Positions 50,726 through 60,860 of a stretch of 64,000 nt of DNA are shown in pieces (the stretch's first letter is position 1; every line of letters starts with the position of its first letter). Source of the DNA: an uncultured Eubacteriales bacterium. GTDB taxonomy: Bacteria > Bacillota > Clostridia > Monoglobales > Monoglobaceae. Below the pieces are notes generated by a model. The model searched no databases. It was not told the DNA's origin and saw only the letters and a program-made list of their open reading frames with translations. The position numbers were made by a program, and so were the translations under genes. The stretch is from contig UQOT01000002.1 of assembly GCA_900542675.1 (NCBI GenBank), forward strand, positions 11,286 to 75,285, written 5' to 3'.

Positions 50726-50914
50726 TAAAATTGCTCCTTTCTAAATTTTCTCCCGGGAGTGTAAGTTGCTAAGCCTTACATTTTGTATTATACAAAAATA
50801 AAAATGCCGCATCGTGCCAACGTAGGGAATGGTGACCACACATCGTAGATGTGTGACGGCAGAAATTAACGATTGTGCGCTTAGTTTGCAATGTCTTTAT
50901 GTTGAATACGCAAA

Positions 50915-50977
50915 TAGGGATTAGGGAATAAGAATTACGCGCAATTACGCAAGCGAACATTTCCTCCGCGAATGTTT
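50915..50977 (+). repeat. Dispersed heptamer-headed repeat, copy 2
   Basis: TAGGGAT-TAGGGAA-TAAGAAT-TACGCG-CAAT-TACGC-AAGCG-AACATTTCCTCCGCGAATGTT. Confidence 0.65.
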
Positions 50978-51071
50978 ACGTTGACTGCATGGGTTTATTA
51001 TGATAAAATAATTATGCGCGAGAGGGGATAACGGCGGTTGTTTCCGACACCTACCGAAAGGGGGTGTTAAA

Positions 51072-51146
51072 ATGGATTTGAATTTGGTTTTCGGATTAAT
51101 ATCTTTGATTATTATTCTTGAAATCGTCAAGTACATAAAGAAATAA
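51072..51146 (+). CDS. Type I toxin-like hydrophobic peptide (24 aa)
   Basis: MDLNLVFGLISLIIILEIVKYIKK after RBS AAGGGGGTG; promoter TTGACT-17-TAAAAT at 50981-51009. Confidence 0.75.
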   Translation: MDLNLVFGLISLIIILEIVKYIKK

Positions 51147-51259
51147 CCGCCTACTCTGCAAAGTAGACGGTTTTAAAAAACTACTGTTTAATTTGCGGAA
51201 ACAACTAAAGTTATTCCCTTTTGTGTTTTTATTATATCATTTATATATTTATATGTCAA
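51138..51259 (-). ncRNA. Candidate antisense antitoxin RNA (span includes its promoter)
   Basis: Convergent TTGACA(51254-51259)-17-TATAAT(51231-51236); hairpin AACCG.CTACT/AGTAG.CGGTT (51145-51172) overlapping the toxin 3' end. Confidence 0.65.
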
Positions 51260-51368
51260 GCATTGATTTGTTTGCGTCGGCATTAAATAATTTGTTGTTA
51301 AATTGGAATTTATGTGGTATAATTATGGCAAACTAACGACAAATACTGTGTTTCGGAGGCTTTTTGTT

Positions 51369-53249
51369 ATGAAGGACGGATTTATAAAGTGCGCGGCGGC
51401 TGTACCGCAAATTAAGGTTGCGGATACCGCGTATAATAAAAAACAGATTATAGCTCAGGTTTACGCCGCGGCGGAAAACGGCGCTAAGATAATTTCATTC
51501 CCGGAGCTGTGCGTGACTGCATATACCTGCGGCGATTTGTTTTTGCAGGATACACTTGTCAAGGATGCGCTTGATGCAGTTTTAGATATAACCCAAAGTA
51601 CCGCAAAGCTCGACATACTGATTTCAATCGGTCTGCCGCTTGCGGTCGGCAGTAAATTATACAATGCGGCGGCGGTTATAAAAGGCGGCAAAATTCTCGG
51701 TTTTGTGACAAAGACCCACCTGCCGGCGTATTCCGAATACTACGAAGCCAGACACTTTAACGTGCTTGATAAAAATACCTCCGTCAAAATTGACGGCTCT
51801 TTATATCCGGTCGGACCTAACCTGATTTTCTGCGCCGAAAATATGCCGGAGCTTAAAGTCGGGGTTGAGATATGCGAGGATTTATGGGTGACAAATCCGC
51901 CGTCGGGCGGCCTGTGCCTCGCAGGCGCGACGGTTATATTAAACCCCTCCGCAGGCGATGAAATGATTTCCAAAGCCGGCTACAGACGCAGTCTTGTAAA
52001 ATCTCAATCAGCACGCTGCATATGCGCCTATCTCTATTCAAACGCGGGCGATGGTGAGTCAACTACCGATATGGTATTCTCGGGCCACAGGATAATATGT
52101 GAAAACGGTACAGTGCTGAGTGAATCGCCGCTGTTTGAGAACGGAATAGTCTATGCGGATATCGACTTAAACAAGCTGACGCTTGAAAGACGCAGAATGA
52201 CGACTTTTAAAGAAAATGATGAAGATTATGAAAAGATATATTTTGATATAGTTATAGATAAAACCAAGCTTTGCCGTAAATTTGACGCGCACCCGTTCGT
52301 CCCCGACAACAAAAACCTGCTGCGCGAACGCTGCGAGGCGATATTTACAATGCAGGCTATGGGACTTAAAAAACGGCTTGAGCATATCGGCTGCAGAGCT
52401 GTCACAATCGGCATATCCGGCGGGCTTGACAGTACACTCGCCCTGCTCGTCACTGAAAAGGCGTTCGGTCTGCTATCACTTCCTCTCAGTGGCATCAAGG
52501 CGATAACTATGCCCTGCTTCGGCACGACCGACAGGACGCTAAGCAACGCGAAAAAGCTTGTAGCCTGCATAGGCGCGGAGCTTATAGAGGCGCCGATAAA
52601 CAAATCGGTCATTCAGCATATGTCGGACATAGACGCGGACATCAACAATCATAATGTGACCTATGAAAACGCACAGGCTCGCGAGCGCACGCAGGTGCTT
52701 ATGGACTATGCAAACGAGGTAAACGGAATTGTCATAGGCACAGGCGATTTAAGCGAGCTTGCTCTGGGCTGGGCAACCTATAACGGCGACCATATGTCAA
52801 TGTACGGCGTTAACTGCTCAATCCCCAAAACACTCGTAAGATACCTTGTAAAATACGTCGCTGACATAAGCGAAACCGAAATGCAAACGGTACTTACGGA
52901 TGTCCTCGACACACCCGTAAGCCCCGAACTGCTCCCGCCCGAGGACGGCCAAATTTCCCAGCAGACCGAGGACATAGTAGGCCCGTATGAGCTGCACGAC
53001 TTCTTCTTATACAACTTCGTCCGTCTCGGCTTTACCAAATCAAAGGTTCTGCGCCTTGCAAAAGAGGCGTTCGGCGAAAGGTTCAATGATGAGATAATAA
53101 GCAAGTGGCTTGATATATTCTGCCGCAGGTTTTTCAGCAATCAATTCAAGCGCAGCTGTTTACCCGATGGGCCGAAAGTCGGCTCGGTTACGCTTTCGCC
53201 GAGGGGCGATTGGCGTATGCCATCGGACGCTGAAATGCTTTGGAGGTAG
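51369..53249 (+). CDS. nadE: Glutamine-dependent NAD+ synthetase
   Basis: Nitrilase domain FPEL, EICEDLW; SGGLDST, ENAQARER, GTGDLSE, QFKRSCLPDGPKVG. Confidence 0.97.
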   Translation: MKDGFIKCAAAVPQIKVADTAYNKKQIIAQVYAAAENGAKIISFPELCVTAYTCGDLFLQDTLVKDALDAVLDITQSTAKLDILISIGLPLAVGSKLYNAAAVIKGGKILGFVTKTHLPAYSEYYEARHFNVLDKNTSVKIDGSLYPVGPNLIFCAENMPELKVGVEICEDLWVTNPPSGGLCLAGATVILNPSAGDEMISKAGYRRSLVKSQSARCICAYLYSNAGDGESTTDMVFSGHRIICENGTVLSESPLFENGIVYADIDLNKLTLERRRMTTFKENDEDYEKIYFDIVIDKTKLCRKFDAHPFVPDNKNLLRERCEAIFTMQAMGLKKRLEHIGCRAVTIGISGGLDSTLALLVTEKAFGLLSLPLSGIKAITMPCFGTTDRTLSNAKKLVACIGAELIEAPINKSVIQHMSDIDADINNHNVTYENAQARERTQVLMDYANEVNGIVIGTGDLSELALGWATYNGDHMSMYGVNCSIPKTLVRYLVKYVADISETEMQTVLTDVLDTPVSPELLPPEDGQISQQTEDIVGPYELHDFFLYNFVRLGFTKSKVLRLAKEAFGERFNDEIISKWLDIFCRRFFSNQFKRSCLPDGPKVGSVTLSPRGDWRMPSDAEMLWR

Positions 53250-53259
53250 GAGAGTAATT

Positions 53260-53952
53260 ATGAAAATACACCAAAAATTTATTACGCTTTTTATCGCGCT
53301 CCTGATTGCTGCAAATCCACTTTGCGCTCTCGCAGAAGATATAGGCGTTTATATAGACGGCAGCAGAATGACATTTGACTTAGAGCCATATATGAAAAAC
53401 GACAGAGTTATGGTTCCTATGCGCGGGATTTTTGAACATCTCGGCGCAGAAGTAATTTGGGATGATGCGACGCGAAGCATAACCGTGAAGAGCGACAGCG
53501 TAACCGCATATCTCACAATAGACGAAAGTGCATTCTATATAAACGGCGCGCCTTCATATACCGATGCGCCGCCCGAGCTTTGCGGTAACAGAACGTTTGT
53601 TCCGCTTCGCACGGTGTCCGAAATGTTCGGCTGCGAAGTCAACTGGAACGGCGAAAAAAACCGCGTTGATATTAGCACGAATAAGACGGCTTACTATCCC
53701 GGCGGCGATAAAATCCCCGACTTCGGCGCGTGCTTTAATCTTTCGCCCACAGCTGTGATTGATGGCAGTATTTACACCTATGACATAAGCTCTCTTTCGG
53801 TAAGTCCCGAAGAAAAATATGCCGAAATTATGGCCGCGGCGGGCTTTTTAAAGGTCGCCTCAGACAGTTATACCGTGTTTTCAAGAAGCGATGTCACGGT
53901 ACTTGCAGGCAGAGCAAACGGAATGTTCAGAGTGGTAATATCAAAAGAATAG
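53260..53952 (+). CDS. Secreted protein with copper amine oxidase N-terminal domain
   Basis: Signal peptide; RVMVPMRGIFE.LGAEV.WD and RTFVPLR.VSE.FG..V.W; ATG at 53260. Confidence 0.85.
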   Translation: MKIHQKFITLFIALLIAANPLCALAEDIGVYIDGSRMTFDLEPYMKNDRVMVPMRGIFEHLGAEVIWDDATRSITVKSDSVTAYLTIDESAFYINGAPSYTDAPPELCGNRTFVPLRTVSEMFGCEVNWNGEKNRVDISTNKTAYYPGGDKIPDFGACFNLSPTAVIDGSIYTYDISSLSVSPEEKYAEIMAAAGFLKVASDSYTVFSRSDVTVLAGRANGMFRVVISKE

Positions 53953-54054
53953 CTTTTAAACGGAATATTGCATAAATTGCCAAGAATTTATTGTGCGTAT
54001 TCACAAACTGTTAAACACTTTTTAACGGAATATTCCCCCATAAATTTTGTATGG

Positions 54055-54155
54055 TGATATAATATGTATTGTAACAAGGAGTTGTTACAAAATAAAACAT
54101 AACTCCCTCCCTTTTTAATTTTTGGAAAGACCGCGCGGGCGGCCTTTCTTTTTTT
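54055..54155 (+). ncRNA. Candidate sRNA with C-rich anti-Shine-Dalgarno-like segment
   Basis: Extended -10 TGATATAAT (54055-54063), 5' hairpin TTGTAAC/GTTACAA, CTCCCTCCC, terminator GAAAG.CCGC/GCGG.CTTTC plus T-tract. Confidence 0.55.
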
Positions 54156-54222
54156 ATAAAAGCTGTTGCGTAAATCTTTTATATGTGTTAAAATAAGTAT
54201 ATATTATTTCGGGAGAGAGAGT

Positions 54223-54951
54223 ATGCGCAAAATTCTGAGCCGTACAAGGCGGGCAATTGACGATTATCATATGATTGAGGACGGCGACAAGATTGCCGTC
54301 GGGGTCTCGGGCGGCAAAGACAGCCTGACACTTTTATGCGCTTTGAGTGAGCTTCGCAGGTTTTATCCCAAAAAATTCAGCATTATAGCCGTATCGCTCG
54401 ATATGGGCTTCGGCAATATGGATTTTTCGGGCGTTAAGCGCCTTTGCGATGAGCTTGACGTGCCGTATATCCTCAAAAAGACCGACATTGCAGAAGTTGT
54501 GTTTAATGTAAGACAGGAGTCAAATCCGTGCTCGCTCTGTGCAAAAATGCGCCGCGGCGGAGTCAATGATACCGCCGTAGAGCATGGCTGCAACAAAGTC
54601 GCTCTCGGGCATCATAATGAGGACGTTCTTGAGACGTTTTTCCTCTCGCTGTTTTACGAGGGAAGGCTCGGCTGCTTTTCACCGGTCACCTATCTGTCAC
54701 GAAAGGATATACACGTTATGCGACCGATGATATATGTCGCCGAGGGAGATATAAAAGGGTATTTAACCCGCGCGCGGCTGCCGGTTGTGCATAATATGTG
54801 CCCTATGGACGGCAAATCGAAGCGGCAGGAAATGAAGGATTTTATAAACAACTGCAAAAGAAAAGACAAATTTTTTAAAACCAAAATACTGCACGCAATC
54901 CAAACAGGATTGCCGGATTGGCAACTTAGCAACGCAGGGATTAGGGATTAG
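54223..54951 (+). CDS. ttcA: tRNA 2-thiocytidine biosynthesis protein, TtcA family
   Basis: SGGKDS PP-loop, PCSLCAKMRRG, ALGHH, RPM.Y, CP. Confidence 0.9.
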   Translation: MRKILSRTRRAIDDYHMIEDGDKIAVGVSGGKDSLTLLCALSELRRFYPKKFSIIAVSLDMGFGNMDFSGVKRLCDELDVPYILKKTDIAEVVFNVRQESNPCSLCAKMRRGGVNDTAVEHGCNKVALGHHNEDVLETFFLSLFYEGRLGCFSPVTYLSRKDIHVMRPMIYVAEGDIKGYLTRARLPVVHNMCPMDGKSKRQEMKDFINNCKRKDKFFKTKILHAIQTGLPDWQLSNAGIRD

Positions 54952-54991
54952 GGATTACGCGGGAATACGGAGCGTATCATCTTCGCCGCGA
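54935..54991 (+). repeat. Dispersed heptamer-headed repeat, copy 3
   Basis: CAGGGAT-TAGGGAT-TAGGGAT-TACGCG-GGAA-TACGG-AGCG-TATCATCTTCGCCGCGA; contains the ttcA stop codon. Confidence 0.65.
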
Positions 54992-55136
54992 CCGCAGGAA
55001 CATACGCGCCTACATACCTAACAACCTGTGTTGACGATGCGGGGTCGCAGTATTCGCCGAAATACATATTTCACTCTTGGCTTTGCCCGATAAAATCGTA
55101 TATGACTAATCACTTTGTTTGTAAAGGAGAATTATT

Positions 55137-56015
55137 ATGGGAAATATTAAAAAAGTACGTAAGGCGGTAATCCCCGCTGCGGGCTGGGGAACAAGATTTT
55201 TGCCCGCGACAAAGGCTATGCCGAAGGAAATGCTTCCAATTGTCGACACACCTACAATTCAGTACATAGTTGAGGAAGCTGTCGCATCGGGAATAGAGCA
55301 GATTTGTCTTATTACAAGCCACACCAAAAAGGCGATCGAAGACCACTTTGACCGCACATTTGAACTTGAGGCTCTGCTCGAAAAAGGCGGCAAGACCGCG
55401 TATCTCAAGCAAATACGCGATATTGCCGATATGGCGGAGATTGTGTCCGTGCGCCAGAAGGAAGCAAAGGGACTCGGTCACGCGGTGCTCTGTGCTAAGG
55501 AATTTGTCGGCGATGAGCCTTTTGCTGTGCTTCTCGGCGATGACGTTGTGTACAACGAGGGCAAGCCGTGCCTTAAACAGCTTATCGACGTATACAACGA
55601 AAAGGGCGGCAGCGTGCTCGGCGTTCAGACGGTTGCGCACGAAAATATCTGTAAATACGGCTGTGTAGACGGCGGAAAGCTCGGCGACAGACTGTACTCG
55701 GTAAATGACTTAATCGAAAAACCAAAGCCCGAGGACGCACCGACGGACGTCGGAATTTTGGGAAGATACGTAATCACTCCGGCTATATTTAAAAAGCTTG
55801 AAACCACAACTCCCGGCGCGGGCGGTGAAATTCAGCTGACTGATGCTCTAAAGGCTCTTGCAAAGGATGAAGCTATGTATGCCTATGACTTTGAAGGCAG
55901 ACGCTACGATGTGGGCGACCGTCTCGGATTTCTTGAGGCGACTGTTGAATACGGACTTCGCCGCGAAGATATCGGTGCTGAGTTTAAAGCATACCTTAAA
56001 GATATAATAAAGTAA
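55137..56015 (+). CDS. galU: UTP-glucose-1-phosphate uridylyltransferase
   Basis: KAVIPAAG.GTRFLPATKAMPKEMLP, GLGHAV, GEIQLTDA. Confidence 0.97.
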   Translation: MGNIKKVRKAVIPAAGWGTRFLPATKAMPKEMLPIVDTPTIQYIVEEAVASGIEQICLITSHTKKAIEDHFDRTFELEALLEKGGKTAYLKQIRDIADMAEIVSVRQKEAKGLGHAVLCAKEFVGDEPFAVLLGDDVVYNEGKPCLKQLIDVYNEKGGSVLGVQTVAHENICKYGCVDGGKLGDRLYSVNDLIEKPKPEDAPTDVGILGRYVITPAIFKKLETTTPGAGGEIQLTDALKALAKDEAMYAYDFEGRRYDVGDRLGFLEATVEYGLRREDIGAEFKAYLKDIIK

Positions 56016-56018
56016 ATA

Positions 56019-56792
56019 ATGATTGACCTTAAAAAAATAAAGACTTTGGCTGCACTTGCAAACAACGACTTTCACGCAAAGTACGCCGGGAATTTTCTCG
56101 GCGTGCTTTGGGCGTTTTTGTACCCGTGTGCCACGGTCGTCCTTTATTGGTTTGTGTTCCGTATCGCGCTTCACAGCGAAGCGGAGAACGGTGCGCCGTA
56201 CATACTTTGGCTCGTGTCTGCGCTGGTGCCGTATCTGTTTTTATGCGATGCCCTGCCGGGAACCGCGAGCGTATTTATCGACTATTCATATCTCATTAAA
56301 AAAGTTAAGCTTGATATTGGCATTTTGCCCGCAATCAGAATTCTTTCAAACCTTATAATACATATGTTTTTTGTGCTTCTGCTGCTGATTTTGGCATTTG
56401 CACTCGGATATTTTCCGCGCTATCAAAATCTGTGGCTGATATATTACATTATCGCCGAAGTCATATTTCTCTCATCACTCGGCGCTTTGCTCTCGGTTTT
56501 AACGGTATTCATCCGTGACATACGCGGTGCTGTCAATATATTTATTCAAATAGGCTATTGGCTTACGCCCATATTTTGGAGCGCTTCATCTCTTGAGCCG
56601 CACCTCGCTCTATTAATTAAAATAATAAATCCGATAACCTATATATCCGAAGGCTTCAGACACGCAGTATTAAGCGGCGGTGCGCCCGATATGAGCTACA
56701 CCGTGTACTTTTGGGCGTTAACACTAATAATTTTAACATTTGCCGCAGCCCTCTTAAAACGCCTCCGCGGCGTAATCACAGACTACGTATAA
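56019..56792 (+). CDS. ABC-2 polysaccharide export permease (Wzm/TagG-like)
   Basis: DFHAKYAG..LG.LW.F..P, VF.RD, WLTPIFW, INP..Y....R. Confidence 0.85.
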   Translation: MIDLKKIKTLAALANNDFHAKYAGNFLGVLWAFLYPCATVVLYWFVFRIALHSEAENGAPYILWLVSALVPYLFLCDALPGTASVFIDYSYLIKKVKLDIGILPAIRILSNLIIHMFFVLLLLILAFALGYFPRYQNLWLIYYIIAEVIFLSSLGALLSVLTVFIRDIRGAVNIFIQIGYWLTPIFWSASSLEPHLALLIKIINPITYISEGFRHAVLSGGAPDMSYTVYFWALTLIILTFAAALLKRLRGVITDYV

Positions 56793-56797
56793 ACAAA

Positions 56798-56823
56798 AAG
56801 GCTCCACCCGAAGGTGGAGCCTT
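56798..56823. terminator. Terminator between the permease gene and glgA
   Basis: AAGGCTCCACC/GGTGGAGCCTT hairpin. Confidence 0.75.
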
Positions 56824-56837
56824 ACGTATGCTAAAAT

Positions 56838-58274
56838 TTATTTGCCTAAAAGCTGATTGTACATATCCTGATACTTCTTTGCGGACTCTGTCCACGAGAA
56901 GTCCTGCTTCATTGCCTTCTTGACAAGAGCGTTCCACGCCTTTTTGTCGCTGAATATCTTTATCGCGTAGCGCACGGTGTGCATCATATCGTGTGCGCTG
57001 TACGGATAGAAGCTAAAGCCGTTGCCGTCGCCCGTAAACTCGTTGTACGGCTGAATTGAGTCTTTAAGTCCGCCCGTCTCACGCACAATCGGAATTGTGC
57101 CGTATGCGAGCGAGATTATCTGACTGAGACCGCACGGTTCAAACATCGACGGCATAAGGAAGAGGTCGCACGCCGCATATACTTTGTGCGCCAAATCGTT
57201 GCTGAACATAATGTTCGCCGACATCTTCTGCGGATTGCACCAAGCGTTATGCTTGAACATATTCTCGTACTTCGCTTCGCCCGTTCCGACAACGACGAGC
57301 TGAATATCCATATTCATAAGCTCGCCCATCGCCTCAGCGATGATATCAAAGCCCTTTTGGTCAACAAGACGCGAGATAACGCCAATCATTACCTTCTCAC
57401 CGTCAACCGTAAGTCCAAGCTGCTCCTGAAGCTTCATCTTGTTTATCTTTTTCTTATCAAGAACCGTACGTGCGTCGTAATTATCATAAAGATATGTGTC
57501 GGTCTTTGGATTATAGGTATTATAATCAATACCGTTTAATATACCGAACAGCGACTGTGATCTTGCACTGAGCAGGCCGTCCAGTTTTTCGCCGCCCATA
57601 GGCGTCTTAATTTCCTCCGCATAGGTCGGGCTTACCGTTGTAACATAATCGGCATAGGTAACGCCGCCCTTTAAAAGGTTAGCGCAGCCGTGGAATTCGA
57701 GCTTATCTGACGTAAAATACTCTCTGCCCAGTGAGAAGAAGTCAGCCACGATATCAACCGAATAAATTCCCTGATAGCGCAGGTTGTGAATGGTGAATAC
57801 CGTCTTGATGCCCTGATAGAACTCGTCCCTTACATAATAAGCATTGAGTATAACCGGAACCATACCGGTCTGCCAGTCGTGGCAATGGATTACATCCGGT
57901 TTCCAGTCAAGGTGCTTTAGTATCTCAAGCGCAGCCTTGTCGAAAAATGCAAAACGCTCAAGGTCGTTCCATTTATAGAGGTACGGGTCGCCGAAATAAT
58001 ACTCGTTATCTATAAAATAATAAGTAACGTTATCCTTCACAAGCTCAAACACGCCGCAGTACTTTCTTCTCCAGCCAAGCGGGATATAGATGAAGAACTT
58101 GAACTCCATCTGCTCCAAATATTCGTGCGGGATGCAGCCGTACTTCGGCATAACCACTCTAACATCATCTTTAAGCTTAGAAAGCGCAGCCGGCAGAGAA
58201 CCGACAACATCGCCAAGTCCGCCCGTCTTAGCAAACGGTGCGACCTCAGATGATACCATATAAATCTTACTCAT
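56838..58274 (-). CDS. glgA: Glycogen synthase
   Basis: KTGGLGDV, HCHDWQ, TIHNLRYQG, FEPCGLSQ. Confidence 0.98.
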   Translation of the reverse strand: MSKIYMVSSEVAPFAKTGGLGDVVGSLPAALSKLKDDVRVVMPKYGCIPHEYLEQMEFKFFIYIPLGWRRKYCGVFELVKDNVTYYFIDNEYYFGDPYLYKWNDLERFAFFDKAALEILKHLDWKPDVIHCHDWQTGMVPVILNAYYVRDEFYQGIKTVFTIHNLRYQGIYSVDIVADFFSLGREYFTSDKLEFHGCANLLKGGVTYADYVTTVSPTYAEEIKTPMGGEKLDGLLSARSQSLFGILNGIDYNTYNPKTDTYLYDNYDARTVLDKKKINKMKLQEQLGLTVDGEKVMIGVISRLVDQKGFDIIAEAMGELMNMDIQLVVVGTGEAKYENMFKHNAWCNPQKMSANIMFSNDLAHKVYAACDLFLMPSMFEPCGLSQIISLAYGTIPIVRETGGLKDSIQPYNEFTGDGNGFSFYPYSAHDMMHTVRYAIKIFSDKKAWNALVKKAMKQDFSWTESAKKYQDMYNQLLGK

Positions 58275-58332
58275 TTTTATCACTCCTTTTGAATTTATGC
58301 GTCGCCCTTATATCGAGCGACGCATAATATGA

Positions 58333-59463
58333 CTAAACTACAATATCCTTTCCGATTACCATCGGATATGTATCCTGTCCGACAAGCTTCTTGCCGCTCC
58401 TTAAGATAACTCCCTTATCAAATATAACATTTTCAACAAGGCAGTTTTCCATAATTTCAGAATTCTGCATAAGGATACAGTTCTCAACAACCGCGCCCTT
58501 TGCAACGTGCACGCCGCGGAACAGAATACTGTTCTTAACCGTGCCCTCTATCTTGCAGCCGTCTGCGATGAATGAATTTTCCATCTCCGCGGTCTTTGCG
58601 TACTTTGTCGGAACAGTGTCCTTTATCTTTGTATATATCGGCTTATCTGTTGTAAGACCGAACAGTTCGTCTCTTACGTCCTTTTTAAGTAAATCAAGAT
58701 TAAATCCGTAGTATGACTGAATACTGTCAATCTTCGTAAGGTATCCGCTGAACTCGTACGCGTTAACGCTCATCGACGATATCGCCGGGAGCAGAATATC
58801 TTTCGATATCTGGTGTTTGCCGTGTGTCGAAGCATATTCAACAAGCTCCATCAGCGTCTCGCGCTTTGTGATAAACATATGCATATACGAATTGTCTGTA
58901 ACCTGCTTGCTCGGATAAATATGAAGGTCTTTAACCGCACTGTTCTTATCCACTTCAAGCAGTATGTGTCTTTTTATATCCTTATCGCTTATCTTGCCGA
59001 TTTTATTGTAGACGAGTGTGAAATCCGCACCGCTCTTTATATGCGCGTCCAAAACATCGTCTAAATCAATGTTGCAGATTGTGTTACAGTCTGTGCAGAG
59101 CACATACTCCTGTGTACTTTTTGAGAGAAATCCCATAATACCGTTTAATGTATCAATACCGCCCAAAACGTCAACCGACGATTCGCCAGTATCCTTCGGC
59201 GGGAGTATGTAAAGACCGTCGTCCTTTCTGTCCATATCCCACGCCTTGCCGGTACCTAAGTGGTCAGTCAGCGACTGGTAATTGACCGGTGTCGTAATTC
59301 CAACCTTTACAACGCCCGAATTAACCATATTGGACAGCATAAAATCTATAACCCTGTATCTTCCGCCAACCGGAACAGCCGCAAGTGCGCGCAGGCTTGT
59401 AAGCTCGCCCATACTCGCCTCGGGATTTTCGGAGAATATAACTCCAAGCATATCATTCTTCAT
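58333..59463 (-). CDS. glgD: ADP-glucose pyrophosphorylase subunit GlgD
   Basis: GGRYRVIDFMLSNMVNSG, HLGTGKAWD; lacks the GGxGxR motif. Confidence 0.93.
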   Translation of the reverse strand: MKNDMLGVIFSENPEASMGELTSLRALAAVPVGGRYRVIDFMLSNMVNSGVVKVGITTPVNYQSLTDHLGTGKAWDMDRKDDGLYILPPKDTGESSVDVLGGIDTLNGIMGFLSKSTQEYVLCTDCNTICNIDLDDVLDAHIKSGADFTLVYNKIGKISDKDIKRHILLEVDKNSAVKDLHIYPSKQVTDNSYMHMFITKRETLMELVEYASTHGKHQISKDILLPAISSMSVNAYEFSGYLTKIDSIQSYYGFNLDLLKKDVRDELFGLTTDKPIYTKIKDTVPTKYAKTAEMENSFIADGCKIEGTVKNSILFRGVHVAKGAVVENCILMQNSEIMENCLVENVIFDKGVILRSGKKLVGQDTYPMVIGKDIVV

Positions 59464-59507
59464 TTTAAATCACCTCAACTAATTATTCTTTACTAAATAT
59501 TCCCGCT

Positions 59508-60725
59508 TTAAATATCAGCGGTAACCATACAGCATACGCCAACCTTTTTGCTTCCGCCGATATTGACTCCCGGACCGATAAGCGTAATATCATCGCTGCA
59601 AATCTTTGTGTTGTGATATTCACAGTTTGCATCGTCCTCGGTGCTTCCGATTTTAGCGTCCTTGCCGATTACAGCATCAGAACCGATTATCGCCTTGTTA
59701 ACGCTTGCGCCCTCTTCAATCACAGCGCCCGGCAGAATTATCGAATCCTTAACGGATGCGCCTTTTCCGACCGTTACGCCCTCAAACAGGATTGAGTGCT
59801 CAACCTTGCCGTAAATCTCACAGCCCTCTGTCGAATAGCTGTTCTTTATAACTCCGCCTTCGCCTATGTACTGCGGCGGCTTAACCGGATTTCTGCTGAA
59901 TATCTTCCACATATCGTCATCAAGGTCGCAGCCCGGATTATCGTCCAAAAGCTCCATATTCGCTTCCCAGAGACTCTGAATTGTACCAACGTCCTTCCAG
60001 TAACCGTCAAATCTGTGAGCCATCAGCTTCAGTCCGTCGCCGAGCATTGCAGGTATGATGTTCTTGCCGAAATCGTTCTCAGACTCCTCGTTAGCCTCGT
60101 CCTCTGTAAGATACTTTTTAAGAACCTCCCACGAGAAGCAGTAAACGCCCATTGATGCAAGGTTGCTCTTCGGATTTGCCGGCTTCTCCTCAAACTCAAC
60201 AATCTGCATATTATCGTCGGTATTCATAATACCAAATCTCGGAGCTTCCTCCCACGGAACCTCAATAACCGCGATTGTCGCGTCGGCATTAGCCGCCTTA
60301 TGCGCCTGAAGCATTTTGTTATAGTCCATCTTATATATATGGTCGCCCGAAAGAATAACCACATACTTGGGATTGAACTGCTCCATAAATCCTAAGTTCT
60401 GATAAATTGCATTTGCCGTGCCCTTATACCACTCGCCCTTTTCAGCCGATGTGTAAGGCGGAAGTACAAAAACTCCTCCGTTTGTACGATCCAAATCCCA
60501 CGGCTGACCGTTTGCGATGTAAGTATTAAGCTCAAGCGGCTGATACTGTGTAAGTACGCCGACAGTATCGATACCCGAGTGGGTACAGTTACTGAGCGGG
60601 AAATCGATAATTCTGTACTTACCGCCGAACGGCACTGCCGGCTTGGCAACATTCTGGGTTAAAATTCCGAGACGGCTTCCCTGTCCGCCCGCAAGAATCA
60701 TAGCCACACATTCTTTTGACCTCAT
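59508..60725 (-). CDS. glgC: ADP-glucose pyrophosphorylase
   Basis: [36 protein letters not shown]. Confidence 0.98.
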   Translation of the reverse strand: MRSKECVAMILAGGQGSRLGILTQNVAKPAVPFGGKYRIIDFPLSNCTHSGIDTVGVLTQYQPLELNTYIANGQPWDLDRTNGGVFVLPPYTSAEKGEWYKGTANAIYQNLGFMEQFNPKYVVILSGDHIYKMDYNKMLQAHKAANADATIAVIEVPWEEAPRFGIMNTDDNMQIVEFEEKPANPKSNLASMGVYCFSWEVLKKYLTEDEANEESENDFGKNIIPAMLGDGLKLMAHRFDGYWKDVGTIQSLWEANMELLDDNPGCDLDDDMWKIFSRNPVKPPQYIGEGGVIKNSYSTEGCEIYGKVEHSILFEGVTVGKGASVKDSIILPGAVIEEGASVNKAIIGSDAVIGKDAKIGSTEDDANCEYHNTKICSDDITLIGPGVNIGGSKKVGVCCMVTADI

Positions 60726-60860
60726 TTATAATCTCCTCCTATTTTCTTCCCCTCAAAGCCGGGGAGGCTATTTTATACTGATTTAATTCCGGCTGCCTCA
60801 ACCTTTAATACAAGACAAACCTATGAATTCTTCATTACCCGCAGCGGATAATATCCGACC

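Noticed and set aside
50759..50860. Riboswitch or sporulation-sigma promoter upstream of the capsid module
   Set aside because: Short hairpins (CACACATC/GATGTGTG) and a lone TATAAT are present, but there is no correctly spaced -35 or convincing alternative-sigma or aptamer consensus.
50769..51136. Two 63-aa minus-strand ORFs upstream of the scaffold gene
   Set aside because: They overlap the repeat element and the toxin locus on the other strand and have no protein-like features.
44872..51259. Complete inducible prophage
   Set aside because: No integrase, repressor, replication, terminase, portal or endolysin gene is recognisable, no att repeats were seen, and the flanks are host genes.
54935..54991. 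CRISPR array or telomere-like tract
   Set aside because: Only 3-4 short heptamers per locus, with no repeat-spacer structure and no cas genes.
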